Translations under genes and position numbers: made by a program
Notes under the pieces: generated by a model
The model's database searches: none
Seen by the model: the letters and a program-made list of their open reading frames with translations, nothing else
Told to the model about the DNA's origin: nothing
DNA from: Moniliella sp. 'wahieum'
Taxonomy: Eukaryota
DNA: 64,000 nucleotides
Assembly: GCA_003971905.1 (NCBI GenBank)
Contig: RSEE01000010.1
Location: 868,001-932,000, forward strand
Direction: 5' to 3'
In this document: positions 49,176 through 62,517 of the stretch, in pieces
Numbering within the stretch: position 1 is the stretch's first letter
Layout of the letters: every line of letters starts with the position of its first letter

Positions 49176-52100
49176 TTAGCTGGGGATGCTGGTGTGGTAA
49201 AACCGCTTGGCCTCGTCCAGCCGCGCGGCCTGGACCACGGCCCACTCTTGGCGCAAGCGTGGCAGCAGCCGAGCCAGCTTGCCCGGCTCGATGCGCTGCA
49301 CGCGCACATCAAACTGGCTCGACACGGGGCGGTGGTCCGAGATGCTAGTGGGCCAAGAGCGGTAGCTGTGGCCCTGCACCGACTGCGGTCGCGGCAACGC
49401 CGGCTCGCGAGCAGGCACGGCGCCAAGGCCGCACCTAGCACCTGCTCCACCAGCTCGTCATCGCCGCGTCCTGCTCGCGCACGCACTTGACGGAAACGTC
49501 GCCCCGGCATCGCACCACAGGATCCGATCGCACCACGCCGGCACACGTTGCTTGCTCGACGTGTCGTACTCGCAAGACAGGTGGTTGTACTTGTACGTCG
49601 GCGCAAACCCGATGGCGCTTCGACAAACCCGCGCAGCGCAAAACTCGCATTGCTACAAGTTTGGCTGCTCAACTGGTCCACATCATGAAGTGCGGCGAGG
49701 TTGCCAGTGTGCAGGTACCCCAGCGTCTCGTCCCGCGTAAGGTCGATCCGATCTACCAGACGCGATCCCTCGATGTTAGCGCTACATTTGTCGTTCACCA
49801 CGGGCGAAAGCAAAGAGCAAAGCAAAGGGACAAGGGAAAGGGACAAGGGGCAGGGGGGAAGGGAAGGGCAAGGTACGCACAGTTCAGATCGCCGCTCCAA
49901 AAGACAATGTCGTGATCCAAGATTTGCTCGCCGTCGCCGCCGCGGGTAAAGGCGAGGGTGACGCGGAGGGCCGGGGGGATGGGTCCAGGGGCGGTGTGGG
50001 TCCGGGCGGGAGCGTGCTGGCAGCCGCAGCACTTTGGGGGAAGAGTTTGGGTGCGGTGAGAATGGTAGCGGCATCCATGTTGCGCGCTTGGACGTGCGTT
50101 GGCCGGCGGCCAAATGCAATTGACAAAGCACAAGCTAGTATCGTCGAGCACGACGCGCGCTGCCACCGCGCCCTTGTTGCCGTACCGACCTCCAAAGCCC
50201 GTCTTGACCGTGCCCACCGCCGCTTCGGACAGCGTGCCGGCCCGAATCTTGCACCGAGATAAACACGCACGTCATCAGGCCCACTAGCAACTCGGACTGC
50301 ACCAGCTCGTACTTGCCCTGCCCAAACGTGTCGGCGACGGCGGTGATGAGCGCGGTGCGCCAGGCAGCATATTGGTGCGAGATGCGGTCGCCCACGTCGT
50401 TGCCCACGGGTTTCTTGGTCGTCGACTTCTTGCCCAACAAGAGACTTTTCGCTGTCAATCGCTTGTCTTCCAGATCAATCAGTTCTGCAACCCAAACACA
50501 ATCACTCGGGGCCAACCGGCTTGATTGACTCCGTGGCACGCGTCGTCATCGTTACCGGCGGCGCGCGGCCAGCACTTCGAAGAAGGTCTGTAGAAATTCC
50601 CGGTTCTCCGGTTGCCCTTGGGACGTTGGAGAAGCAGTGGATCGGCCGCATCGACATTGTACGTCACATGGAGCGTGCGGATGGTGCGCGAGGTAGCCAC
50701 GTGCGGCAAGGAGCGGCCAATGCGACGCTCAAACCAATCGTGCGTCAACAGCCCATCCCACCCTCACCGCCCCGTCCATCCCGCCGCTCACGACCTGCAG
50801 CCGACCCAGCGCAATGCCATCGGGGTCCGTTACGAGCCGCGTAACGGGGTTGCCGCCATGCGCCACCCAGGATTTGACCACCACCAACCGGCATGCCGGC
50901 GTGCGCTCTTTCTGCTCCGCCAGGCCAAACACCAAGATCTTGCCCCCCTTTGTCCCGGCCCAGAGGTACCGTCCGGCAGCCGTCATACACAGGATCGCAT
51001 CCAACGCGTTCTGGTGCACCGCCACACACTGGTACGACGTGCGGGACCATTCGGAGATCTGAGGTGGGCCAGTCAGTAGGGTGTCTCACGGAAAAAGCTA
51101 GGGATAAAGGCCCTGCAGGAGACAAGAGACAAAAGGGCCAAGGGAGAGGCGAACTTACATGGCCTGTCGTGTGCGAGATGAAGACGGTGGCAGGGGAGCA
51201 GGGCACCGTGGCTGCCGCCGTGGCTGGGCCGATCATCACCCCCGCCACGACAGAAGGCAAGCGGGGAGGTGCCGGCAGCGCCTTGGCCGGATCGTCATCG
51301 GCACTGGCAAGGGGCGTGAGATCTGCAGGCGAATGTCGTGCAGGTTGGGGGTATTGGGGGTAAAGGCAGGCGTGTGATCTCCCGCGCCATGAAATGCCAG
51401 GTCGGCCGCACGGCGCAAACTTTTACGGATGGAGCGGGAGGGAATGTTTGTGGCGGTGACCCGATCCTTGCGCCGTACTGCCAGGCTCCGACGCATGGTA
51501 TGCGCCCAACGTCGCCCCGGTTGCCACCCACAACTGATCGCCCACCAACAGCGGCACAACATGGTTCCCCTCGACGGGGAACTCCTGGATGACAGGGGTG
51601 GTGATGAGCATGCGGGTGGAAGGGGTCCGATCGACTCTTCTCGGCAGACGGCTTGTCCGTCAGTCCGCCAGAGGGGCGGGAGGATGGGAGGCTGGCTGCC
51701 TCCTCCTTATCCTGCGTCTGCTCGGTGCTACCCCGGGCAGACGCCGTTTTGTCTCCCAATCCCAACGAAGAGCGCGGTGGGGCGCTGGCCGAATTGTCTG
51801 CGCTGGCCCGCCACGGCGACCAGATGGACATTTTGCCTCCCTCATCCACAACCAGGATGCGGTCGCCCAAGCGGGAGATGCGGACAATCGCCACATTGTG
51901 CACGCCACGGTTGAGCGCAGTACGCACCTCCTTGACCACATCCAGCTCCCACAGCATCCCGCTCGTCGTGCCCACCCATGCATGCCGAGCACTTTCCTCC
52001 GTCCCCGTAGGCCGTAGGAAGCACAGCGCCGTCACACGACCCTGCAACGCAAGGTCCGGGTCTTGGATCGTAGCTACCTTCTCGGGCGTGCTGGCAAGAC

Positions 52101-53483
52101 TGGCTGTACTGCCAGCCGCGCTGGTAAGGGTACTGGCCAACCGAGTGGGCTCGCTCAGCCCGGCCACTTCGGCGCGCACCGTGCCAGCACGCAAGATTTT
52201 GACTTTATGGTTGTGGGCCGTGAGCACCGTCGGACCCGACACGGCAAACACGGAAAAGCGCGCATGCACCACCAGCGAACTGGCACTGCCCACCACCTCA
52301 TCCTCCCCGGTATCCTCCGCCTCCGCCTCGCCCGGAAAGACGGAACGACAGGGGACAGGTTTGCGCGGCACCCAGGTAATCGTGCTTTCCTGGCCGGGCA
52401 TGCCGCCCGTGTCGTACTCGGGCGGACGGCGGGAGGAAGCGACGCCGCCCGCCGGTCCATGCAGCACCACATCCCCCACCTCCCTCTCACCATCATGGCC
52501 GTGGTGGTGGTCACCGTCGACGAGACGGTGCTCGATTGCGCCTGGTACGCCGACCAGCGCACCGTCGGACCGTCCGTGTCCATGTCTGACTCGGAGTCGG
52601 ACGATTCCAGGTCCGAGTACGCCGATCCTTCGCTCGTGTAGCTTCCCTCCTCTTCCAACAGCCCTGACGACGCAGGGGAGCGGGATGTGCTGGCGGGGGT
52701 GCCAATGCGGGGTGTGGGCGGCAAGGTGCTCCGGGACCGAAGGTGGGAGGTGGAGTCGGTGGAGGAAGGGTGGATCGGGGTCAAGGTCGGGACACTCCGA
52801 CTGGGGGAAGAAGGGGCGGTGTGCACCCCGCCGACGGAGGGGGGCGGGACAGAGAGGTGGTGAGCGAGGGCAAGGAAGGCGTCGTCAGGTGCGTCTGCTT
52901 GTTCCTGCGCCAGCTTGGCGGCAGTGGGCGCGGTGCCTCCCCCACCGCATCGCTCTTGTGCGTGGGCGATGCGCCGCGGGACAAGGCGGTGGGTGGTGGT
53001 GGGGCGGTGCGAGCGGGCGACATTTGGGACGGAGACGAAGAGGGTGCGGGGGGACGGGGGACGCCGGGGGTGCGACCGAGAGGCGGATGGGGTGCCGGCT
53101 GGCCTCAGCGTTTGGGTGCGGCGGGGGAGGAGGGGGGCAAGGGGCGGGTGCGGGTGTGGGACGAGGGCGATGCGGGTGCGGATGCGGATGGTGAGGTTGA
53201 TGGTGAGGTTGATGGTGAGGTTGACGGAGCAGACACTGGGGCGGGTAGGGGCGCGTGGGTTGGTGGACGGCGGAGACCCGAGGCGGGGGGGGCGTGCGCG
53301 CGCAATCAAGGCGCGCTCAGGGGCATGTGCGGCGCGGTGCTGGGCCTCCGACAGGCGCTGGTGGAAGTGGGCGTGTGTGTCGGGGGGCTGCTCGGCCGAC
53401 GTGTTGGAGCGGCGGGGCGTTGCTGCGGGAGGGCGCAGGGGCTGTTCCTCCCGGCTGAGCTGCCACAGCGTGGGGGGCGGCAT
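49176..53483 (-). CDS. Inositol polyphosphate 5-phosphatase with Pro-rich N-terminus and WD/beta-propeller-like middle region
   Basis: [62 protein letters not shown]; upstream AWVGTTSG and YLWAGTKGG strands; start approximate. Confidence 0.88.
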
Positions 53484-53505
53484 CCCACTTATGGAACGCA
53501 ATTGA

Positions 53506-53558
53506 CGGACAAGCGATGTCAAGTGTCGGGCAAGCGATGTCAAGTGTCGGACAAGCGA
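53506..53558. repeat. 21-bp tandem repeat, about 2.5 copies
   Basis: cggacaagcgatgtcaagtgt / cgggcaagcgatgtcaagtgt / cggacaagcga. Confidence 0.8.
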
Positions 53559-53831
53559 CGTAAAAGCGACGCCCAAGCGATGGCAACCGACGCACTCGCT
53601 CTGGCCAAGCGATGGTCTGGATGGCCCCTGCACAGAAATACAAACCCAAGCAGGTGTTGGTCACGCCCAGCCGCCCCTGTGACGTCATCCCTACTTTACT
53701 CCAATGTCAAAATTCAAAGTTCAAATCGGACATGTGATGCAGGTGGCACGTGACTCATCCTCGGTCGGAACCAACTCCCACCTGCTTCATTCCGCCCGCT
53801 GCATTCTGCCTCCCCCCCTCCATCCCCCCCC

Positions 53832-54182
53832 ATGGCGCAGGTCGCAAAGCCCGAGCTGGAGCGCTACCTCGACAAGCAGGTGCGCATTGCCCTCCAGGGC
53901 GACCGCCAGGTCACCGGCACCCTGCGTGGGTGGTACGACGTCTTCCTCAACCTCGTCATCGACAAGGCCGTCCAGCAGGTCCACCCGCCCGCTCCCAACG
54001 GCGGCGGCGGCCTCAACCAGCATGCCTGGGTCGACGCTGCGCCGTGCGGCATGGTTGTACGTCCTGCCTTGCCTGCGCTGCTTCCGTGCCGCTGCCCCTG
54101 CTAACCCCATCTGCCCTAGGTCATCCGTGGCAACAGCGTCACCGCCATCGAGGGCCTCGAACCGGTACGGTCGAGGGTGTAA
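53832..54182 (+). CDS. SMX2: Small nuclear ribonucleoprotein Sm G
   Basis: KPELERYLDKQV..LQGDRQVTGTLRG.YDVFLNLVID; CGMV|VIRGNSV across intron 54057-54119. Confidence 0.88.
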
Positions 54183-54293
54183 ACCAACCACGATACCACT
54201 GTCCTGTGTCCCACTCTGCTTAAAAGTCCCTTTCGCTGCTGTAGCAAAATCCCAGATCCGCATTTGTCTCGTACCCGCTAGTGTTGTCGTATA

Positions 54294-56670
54294 TTAGTCC
54301 GACTCCTCCTCCGACTCCTCGTCCGACTCCTCTCCGACTCCTCCAGAATCGACTCCAACACCTCCCTCCCCTGCCCACGCAGCTCCAACACCGCCTCTTC
54401 CGGCACCTTGGTCGTCTCGTTCCCACTGCCCTTGAGCCGGGCCGGCAGCGCCAGCAGCCGCTCCACCGACTCGTCCGGCACATTGGAGGCACGTGACTTG
54501 TACCATTGCATCAGACCTTCTTCGGTAATGATGCCCTGCTCCTCGTCCTCTCGTCCTCCTCCCCTTCCTCCGCCGGGATCGCAAGGTTGTAGCAGCCCAT
54601 CAGCAGTGGGCCGAACAACGGGCGGAAGCCCGGCGTGACGGCACAGTAGGACTGCATGGCACTGATCGCAAACGTCTCTTCGCCCTCTGCGATCTTGGCC
54701 ACAGACTGCCCCACTTTTGCAGCACACTGCCCAGCTCACGCAGGTCGGGCTTGGCCTGTTGCAGAATCCAGGTAAACACGACGGCGACCAACTCGCGCTG
54801 CTCCACATTCGATGCCATGCGTAACGTTGACAGCTCGATCGCCACATTTTCCTTGCGGTGACCCTCCTTCTCAGCGCGTTGGAGCGAGGCCAGCGCCTCT
54901 TGGTAAAAGTCATTGATCTTGTTCACCTCGGCTTGGGCCTCGGCCGCGGTCGCTTGGCCCTCAGTCACCGTCAGAGCCGCCTTGTCCTCCTCCGTAGGCG
55001 AGTCCGACGTATCACTCTCCTCGTCGGACGAAGATGCCAGCTCGCTGTCGCCATCAATCGACGACACATCCTCGTCGTCCGCTGGGCTCGGGCTCGCGCG
55101 TCCGATTTGCAAGTAAGACGCATTGGTCCATGCTTCGATCGGATCTTCTTCTTCCTCTTCCTCCTCCTCGTCCGAATCGTCGACCGTATGGGAGGGCCAA
55201 ATGTGACCTACGCCCCCTGCGCCGAGCTGGGCAGACGCAGGCTCGTCCTTGCTCGAGCGCCCGAGGTAGGCGCCATAGGAAATCCGCCCCACCCGCGTAA
55301 ACGGCGGGAGAGAAACGCCATCGCCCACCACGCATCCATCTGCCACCACGCACCCACGGCCCAGCCGTACCTCCGTGCCCACCCGCACCTTGTCTCCCAG
55401 AATCACATGGTCCATCTACCTTGTCCCCGATCACCACGCCGACCAGAGGTAGGAATGGGCAATGCGGCACTGATTCCCCACCTGGGTATGGTCCCCCAGG
55501 ATGGAATGGGAAATGGACGTGTGCTTGCCAACCCGTGCGTCGCGGCCCAAGACGGTGGCCTTGCCAATGTCGGTGGAGAGACTGAGGTACACGCCCGGCG
55601 CTTGGTACCGCCCGGCCGGGTTGGCAGTGAAGCGCCGTCGTGCCGGGCAAGTACCCGCCCGGCCGAGGGCGTGATCCACTTGCCGACAATGTCCTTGGCC
55701 ACCACATCGTACGTTTGGTATCCCGTACGCGCATGTGGTACCCCCACCCGCGTCGCGCGTGTCCCACGCCACAGGCGCACGCTGCAGGATCGCGCTGGGC
55801 GCGGCCGTGCCCAGCGGTGACGCCGGCGCAACGTGCAAGAAAATCTTGGCGGTCAAAATTTCCGACGTGAGGATGCCCGGGACAAAGTCGCGACGCAGTT
55901 GTTGGTAGTCAAAGTTTTCTGTAAACAATGGCGGCACATCCACACTGCACACGTCCACCCCGCAATCCACCAGATCGTTGCGCACTTCCACATCTGCCGT
56001 CCCTCGTCTGCATCAAACAGCCGCACAGGGAGCACCATGCTCGTCTTGTGCGGCACGGCCGGGATGGACTCGTAGTGCACCAGCTCGTGCGTGAGCGGAT
56101 TGATGACCATCAAACTCCGGTCGCCGGCCGGTCGGCGCGTACTGTCGCCGCTAGCACCCATCGTGCACAGCGTCAAGATCGCATCTTTATCGGCCTTGCG
56201 TCGTTCCTTGTGGATCCGCACCACCTCTTCCAAATCCAAGTTCCCACCCCATCGCATGCACCAGCAGGAAATCCGTCTTGATCAGCTTGGCATTGTCCAG
56301 CTCGCGCATTGCGTCGCCGACGCTCATGCGCTCGGGATGGGCACGACGGTGATTCCCTTGCGACCAGCGACATGCGCTTTGATTTGGTCCGGAAACGATC
56401 GGACAAGGATAAAGGTATGCTCCACCTGGGCCATCGATAACGCTTCCAACGTCCAGTCCAGCAGCGGCACCCCGACCAGCGGCACCAACGCCCGTGGCCG
56501 CTCGGCCGTCAAGGGCAGCATGCGCCCATTGAACGAGTCGGCCAACACGACGGCCACCAGCGCCTCCTCCTCCCCGTCCTTCTTCCGGCAGGCTTGGACT
56601 TGGCGTTGGCGCCCTTGGCTCCTGCCTTGGGCTTGGACACCGACTTGCCTGGCTTGCCCTTGGCTTGCAT
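54294..56670 (-). CDS. GCD6: Translation initiation factor eIF2B epsilon subunit
   Basis: AVVLADSFN..PLT..PRALVPL, VRNDLVDCGVDVCSVDVPPLFTENFDYQQLRRDFV, hexapeptide beta-helix repeats, IELSTLRMASN, W2-like acidic C-terminus. Confidence 0.92.
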
Positions 56671-57036
56671 CGGTGGTGGGTGCGGTCCGAGCTGGGATAG
56701 TGGTGACTCGGGACGAGAGCAGCAGGGGCCGAGTGGGTTGCCTGGCGCAGCGCTCGCCTGCTCTGCCAGCCAGCCTAAAAAGCCTCCCAGCCCAGCTGTT
56801 CCGCACCCCACCCCAATTCCGCCAGTTGGCCCCCCGCCGCTCGGACCGGGCTACGAGTAACTAGTAACCACAAGGCGCACTCTAAGTAGGCCCTGAAATT
56901 AAATGATCGAATCAGAGATCTGAGTGTCAGATCTCAGATGCGCTCGCTTGCCTTTCCTCTCCATCCGCCTCCGCCTCCCCCTCCGCCACCCCTTGCGGAC
57001 TGCACTCGTACCCGCGGACCCGGTAACCGTTGCACG

Positions 57037-57923
57037 ATGGCACCGAAGAGTACGTTTTCGTTTCCTCGCCTCGGTCCTCGCCCGCGCGCGGGACCCGTCC
57101 GGGCCCACTGACCCCTCCCTCCCCGCACCTTAGCCAACTCCAAAGCCGCCGCGGGCCGAGCGCGCAAGCAAGAGCAATCCGACAAGAAGCAGGCGGCGGC
57201 GGCAGCGCAGGCCGAAGCGGCCGAGGCGGCCAAGTGGGAGCAAGGCGCCAAGAAGGGCAAAAGTGCCGGGGAGAGCAAAGCGGACAAGGCGGCGGAAGCG
57301 GCGGAAAAAGGCCGAACGCGAACGTCTCTTGGCCGAGGAAGAAGCTTCCTTGCCCTCCCATGTCAAGGCCAACCCCAAAGCAGGCGGCAAGAAGAAGGGT
57401 CAGGCTGGCGCGTCTGCTAAGGCGCCTGCCAAGGGAACTGGGATTGACGATATGATCACCCAGCTGTCCGCGGCCAACATTGACGATGCGCTGGACGCGC
57501 TGGATGTGGTGAATGAAAAGAGGGGATAAGGCGGCGATGGGGTCCAAGGCGGCCATGGTAGATGCCCACCCGGAACGACGGTTCAAAGCTGCGCTCGAGG
57601 CGTACAAGGAGCGCGAGTACCAGAGCGCACGCAAGGAAAACCCCGGCTTGCGCAAGACTCAGATTGACGACATTCTCTACAAGCAGTTCATCGTATGTAT
57701 CGTTTCTTTGCTCTTTGCTCTTTTCTTGTTTGTGTTTTTGAGGAGGGGGGGGGGGGGGTTCCTGCAATGGGGAGGAGTGGGACTGACGATGGTGCGTCCG
57801 CAGAAATCCTCCGAAAACCCATTCAACCAGCTCCATGTCGCGTACGATGCCGACAAGGCGACCAAGCTGGAAGCTCTGCAGCAAAAGCGCGACCAGACCA
57901 TCCAGCGCCTCGGGGGCAACTAA
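57037..57923 (+). CDS. CCDC124/Oxs1/Lso2-family coiled-coil protein
   Basis: NSKAAAGRARK, AAKWEQGAK, ANIDDALDAL, DAHPERRFKAALEAY, RKENPGLR, KSSENPFNQ; two introns. Confidence 0.88.
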
Positions 57924-58331
57924 CCTGCTCGTTGTCCTATTGTGATGATGAGGATGAGATGGTTCTGCTGCGATGCGTGTGTGTGGAGGAAGTGGTAGTG
58001 AATAGTGTGCAGTTGCTCTTATTACCTTGGCAGGAAGATGTGGCGCTGCTCGCCAGGCGGACTACTGACTGCTTGAGTGGGTAATAAATACGTCGGCAAG
58101 GAGGTGGCTGGGCCACGGAAATTGAAAGTTTGACAGAGGAACCAGGACCAAGACTGGCGCTGCGCTGCGCTTCGACCGCTTCTTCCGCTAGCATTCCGCG
58201 CGCGCCCCCCGCAAGGCCCGCCGAGCGTAGGACGCGTTGTCTTCTTTTGGAGCGCCATCCCTCCCTCGCCGCTTCCTCCCTAGCTTGCTCTTGCTCCTGC
58301 TCCTCCTTGTCGCTGGAAGCACCCGTTCAAG

Positions 58332-59978
58332 ATGAGTGCGCTGGAGATGATCAACCCCCGTGCGGAGGCCGTGCGCCGCGAGCAGGCGCTGCAGGTCAAC
58401 ATTGCCGGAGCCGTGGGGCTGGCGAACGTGGTGCGCTCCAACCTGGGCCCCCGCGGACGATCAAGTTGCTGGTGGATGGTAGTGGCAACCTCAAGATGAC
58501 CAAGGACGGCAAGGTGCTCTTGACCGAGATGCAGATCCAGAACCCGACCGCAGCATGATCGCCAAGGCAGCGGTGGCGCAGGACGAAACGTGCGGCGACG
58601 GGACAACGTCGGTGGTGTTGTTGGGGGCGAGCTGCTAAAGCAAGCGGAACGGTACGTGACTGACGACCGGCTGCACCCGCGCGTCCTGAGCGAAGGGTAC
58701 GATGTAGCCAAGACGGCAGTACTGGAGTACCTGGAAAAGGTGCGGGTGGTACCGACGATGGACCGGGCCACGCTGGTGAGTGTGGCGCAAACGTCGTTGG
58801 GGACCAAGCTGCGTGGCAAGCTGGCCAAGCAACTCGCTGCCGACGTGGTGGATGCCGTGCTGGCCATTAAGCAGGAGAACGAACCGATTGATCTGCACAT
58901 GGTTGAGATTCTCAAGATGGTGCACAAGTCTGAGACGGACACCCAATTGGTCCGCGGCCAGGTCCTGGACCACGGCGCGCGCCACGCCGACATGCCGCGC
59001 CGGGTGGAAAACGCATACGTGTTGACGCTCAATGTCAGTCTCGAGTACGAGAAGACGGAGGTCAACTCGGGCTTCTTTACTCCTCGGCCGAGCAGCGCGA
59101 GAAGCTGGTGGAAAGCGAGCGGCGGTTTGTGGATGCCAAGGTGCGCAAGATTATCGAGTTTAAGCGCGCCGTGTGCGACGAGCCGGCCAAGGCGGACCCG
59201 TCGGCTCCCAAGAAGAACTTTGTCATCTTTAACCAAAAGGGCATTGACCCGCTCTCGCTCGACATGCTCGCCAAGGACGGCATCCTCGCCCTCCGCCGCG
59301 CCAAGCGGCGCAACATGGAACGTCTCCAGCTCGCCTGCGGCGGCGAGGCGCAGAACTCGGTGGATGACTTGAAGCCAGAAGTGCTGGGCTATGCGGGTCT
59401 GGTCTACGAGCAAACGCTGGGCGAGGAGAAGTTTACGTTTGTAGAAAAAGTGGAGCACCCCAAGAGTGTCACCCTGCTCATCCGCGCCCCCAACGCGCAC
59501 ACCACCAGCAAATCCAGGATGCCCTGCGCGACGGTCTGCGCGCGACCAAGAATGCCATCGAGACAAGGCGCTCATCCCGGGCGGCGGCGCGTTCGAGGTG
59601 GGCGCGGCACGCTACCTGCGGCACGTGGCCACCAAGAAGGCCAAGGGCAAGGCCAAGCTCGGCGTCACCGCCTTTGCCGAGGCGCTGCTGGTCACGCCCA
59701 AGACGCTCGCGGTCAACTCGGGGCTGGAGCAGCTGGACACGCTCGTCGCGCTCGAGGACGAGGCGGCAGCAGCGGCAGAGGAGCAGGACACGTTCGCCAC
59801 CCCGACGATTGGCCTGGACGTGGCGACGGGCGAGCCGGCGGACATGGCGGCACTGGGCGTGTGGGACAACTACCGCGTCAAACGCAACCTGCTGCATGCG
59901 GCAAGCGTGATTGCCACCCAGATCCTCGCCACCGACACCATCCTCCGCGCGGGGCGGACGAGCCTCAAGGGGCCGTAG
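58332..59978 (+). CDS. CCT6: Chaperonin CCT/TRiC subunit zeta
   Basis: [108 protein letters not shown]. Confidence 0.96.
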
Positions 59979-60252
59979 CGCGCCGGCTGATGGATGCGTC
60001 GATGATTCGAATGCACGTGGGGGTATTGAGAGCTGTGCTGCAGGAGACTGTAGGATGCGTGTAGGATGCCAGGTGGAGAATGAAAATTTGCAACGTTGCC
60101 AGACAAAACCAGAGCATTCCGCCCGCTGCTTCTGCGTTCCGCGCGCAGGCGGCAGCGGATGATGATGTTTGCTTGGGGTCAGCTGCTCTGGCGCCCAGGC
60201 ACCGCCACCGTCTGGTCCACCAGCGTCTAACCGTCTCCCCCCAGCGATCGAG

Positions 60253-61900
60253 ATGTACAGCCAGGATGATCTGTACGGCGCGCCCTACAGCGCGCCGAAT
60301 CCCTCGCGTCCACCGCCCCCCCCGCGCCTACGTCTGCGCCTGCCAGTGCGCCCCGCGCCCCGCTCCCGCCCGCCGCGGGCCCTCGGCCCGAGCGACGCGC
60401 GGTGCGCAACGCAGCCGCCTTTGCGTCCGACTACGATGAAGGGTAAGTACTAGTCGTGTAACTAGCCGCGTTTGTTTTCTGTGTCGTCTCTTGTCTCCTG
60501 CACCCCCTCCCCCCACCCCCAGCCCTGAGCGTGCGGGACAGACAGGTAGGGGCAGACAGCTAGGTGCACTGGTCGTGCTGTCGTACTCTTCGGCGTCGTA
60601 CCGACGTGCCAATGCATCGTTCGGACTGGTCTGACTCATGCTTGCTTGTTTGCTTGTTTGCTTTGGTTTGGTTGTGGACAGCAAGATGTTTATTGGAGGC
60701 TTGAACTGGGATACGACCGACGAGTCGTTGCACAAGTACTTTGAACAGTTTGGCCCCGTGTCGTCCTGCGTCATCATGCGCGAGGGCGGCACGGGCAAGT
60801 CGCGTGGATTTGCCTTTCTCACATTCGAAGACCCAGCGTCGGTCAACGAAGTGATGGGCCGAGAACATTTTCTCGACGGCAAAATTGTAGGTTCCCCCCT
60901 GGCATGACTCTAGGCTTTTTGCGGCGACATGCGGCGTGCGACGTGCAATCGACCAGACCCAAGTACTGACTGCCACGGACTGTGCCCTTGCCCCAGATCG
61001 ATCCCAAACGCCATCCCGCGCCCGGACCAAGCTCGCACGCAAAAGTGCTTTGTCGGCGGAGTGCCGCAAACGGCGACCCAAGAGTCGTTCCGCAAACTAT
61101 TTGAACGCTATGGCCAAGTACTCAACTCGACCGTCATGATGGACAACGAGACGGGCCGGCCACGCGGATTCGCATTTGTCACCTACGCCGACGATGCTAG
61201 CGTGGATCGCTGTCTGGCCGACGCGCCGCTCAACTACCAAGGCTCGCTGGTACGTTCCATTCTCTCCTGACGACTGTTTGTGGCTCCGTTTTTCGGGTGC
61301 GGGCATGCTGACTTTAGCGAACCCAGTTGGACATCAAACGTGCCTCGGCCAAAAACGACGGGTTTGACATGGGATCCAACTTTCGTGGGCCCCCGCGCGG
61401 CGCTCCGCGGGGCGGCGCGCGACCTGCATGGGGCGCACCAAGAGGAGCTGGCGGATGGGGGGGTCGCCCAGGGTACGAAGGGTACGGCGGCGACGAGTAT
61501 TCCGCTCCGCCCATGCCCGCTGCGCCTCCGCCCCCCGTGCCATTTGACGCTGCGACCATGGCCCAGGTCTTCTCTTCGCTTGAGTACGGCACGCCGCGAT
61601 GGACCCCGGCCGGCGCCTGGGCGCACATCCAGAGCTTGCTCCCTGCTTGGGGCGCTCCTCCTCCGCTCGCCGGGCCGCCAGGCATGATGGGCGCCGCGCC
61701 GCCGGCCTGGGGTCCACCCGTGCCCGCCGGCTCGCCGGCTTGGGGCGGATACGACCGCCAGCGCGAACGGTCGCCTCGCGCGCGGCGAGCCGTACTATGC
61801 CCGGGCAGAGCGGTACTGATGTCGTGTCGTACTGCGTGCTCCCTATCCGCCCTTGGCATCCTGTCCTTTTTTGCAGTGCTGTTCCGTTCTTGTGTGCTTG
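60253..61900 (+). CDS. Hrp1/Musashi-like two-RRM RNA-binding protein; 3' end uncertain
   Basis: KMFIGGLNWDTTDESL, GKSRGFAFLTF, EHFLDGKI, CFVGGVP, TGRPRGFAFVTY, DIKRA, RGG/Pro-rich tail; introns starting at about 60443, 60887 and 61250. Confidence 0.85.
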
Positions 61901-62517
61901 CTCTGGCCTGTGAGCCTGTGACCCATGCGACCCGACCACGGCGCGTTTGTTCTTGTACCCTCTATCTGCCCGCCACGCCCGCCCGGCGCTTGCTCGCCCC
62001 TTGCGTTTCCCACGGAACCCATCGGGGCGTGCTGGATGAACAACCGATCCAATTTCCATGTCCAGCAACCAAGCCAGCGGTGGCAATAGGCCGTGCTCCC
62101 CTCAACAGAAGGTGGTAGTCGTCCGATAGGTTGTTGTGGGATGGTGCGTGCTAGACAGAGAGAACCGGAGGGGCGGGTGAGGCAGAGCGCTAGTCAGTAG
62201 GGCGGGTCGCCGGTAGGATTATCTGCCAACCAAAACGTACGTCGTTCTCCATAGATCAAGGCACCGGAGAGATGGGCTGGGATGGAACACTCAGGACAGG
62301 GGCTTCATATTCATAGTAGCACATAGTAAGCGTCACGTGCATCCCATGGAGTCGGTGCAACGAACCAACGCGCTCGGTAGGTATTCCCGCTCTCGCAGCT
62401 CCCCACATGCTCTCCTCCAGCAGCAACACTCCAAAACCCGCCGGGTCTGCTCCACCCACCACACCACCACCACCCCTCCTCCTCCTCCTGACCGCGCAAG
62501 CGGGCGCCAGGGCAGAC

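Noticed and set aside
51653..53753. Long + strand ORFs (513 aa, 336 aa) and similar antisense ORFs opposite CCT6, CysRS and PET127
   Set aside because: Shadow ORFs of GC-rich coding sequence on the other strand; no domain features
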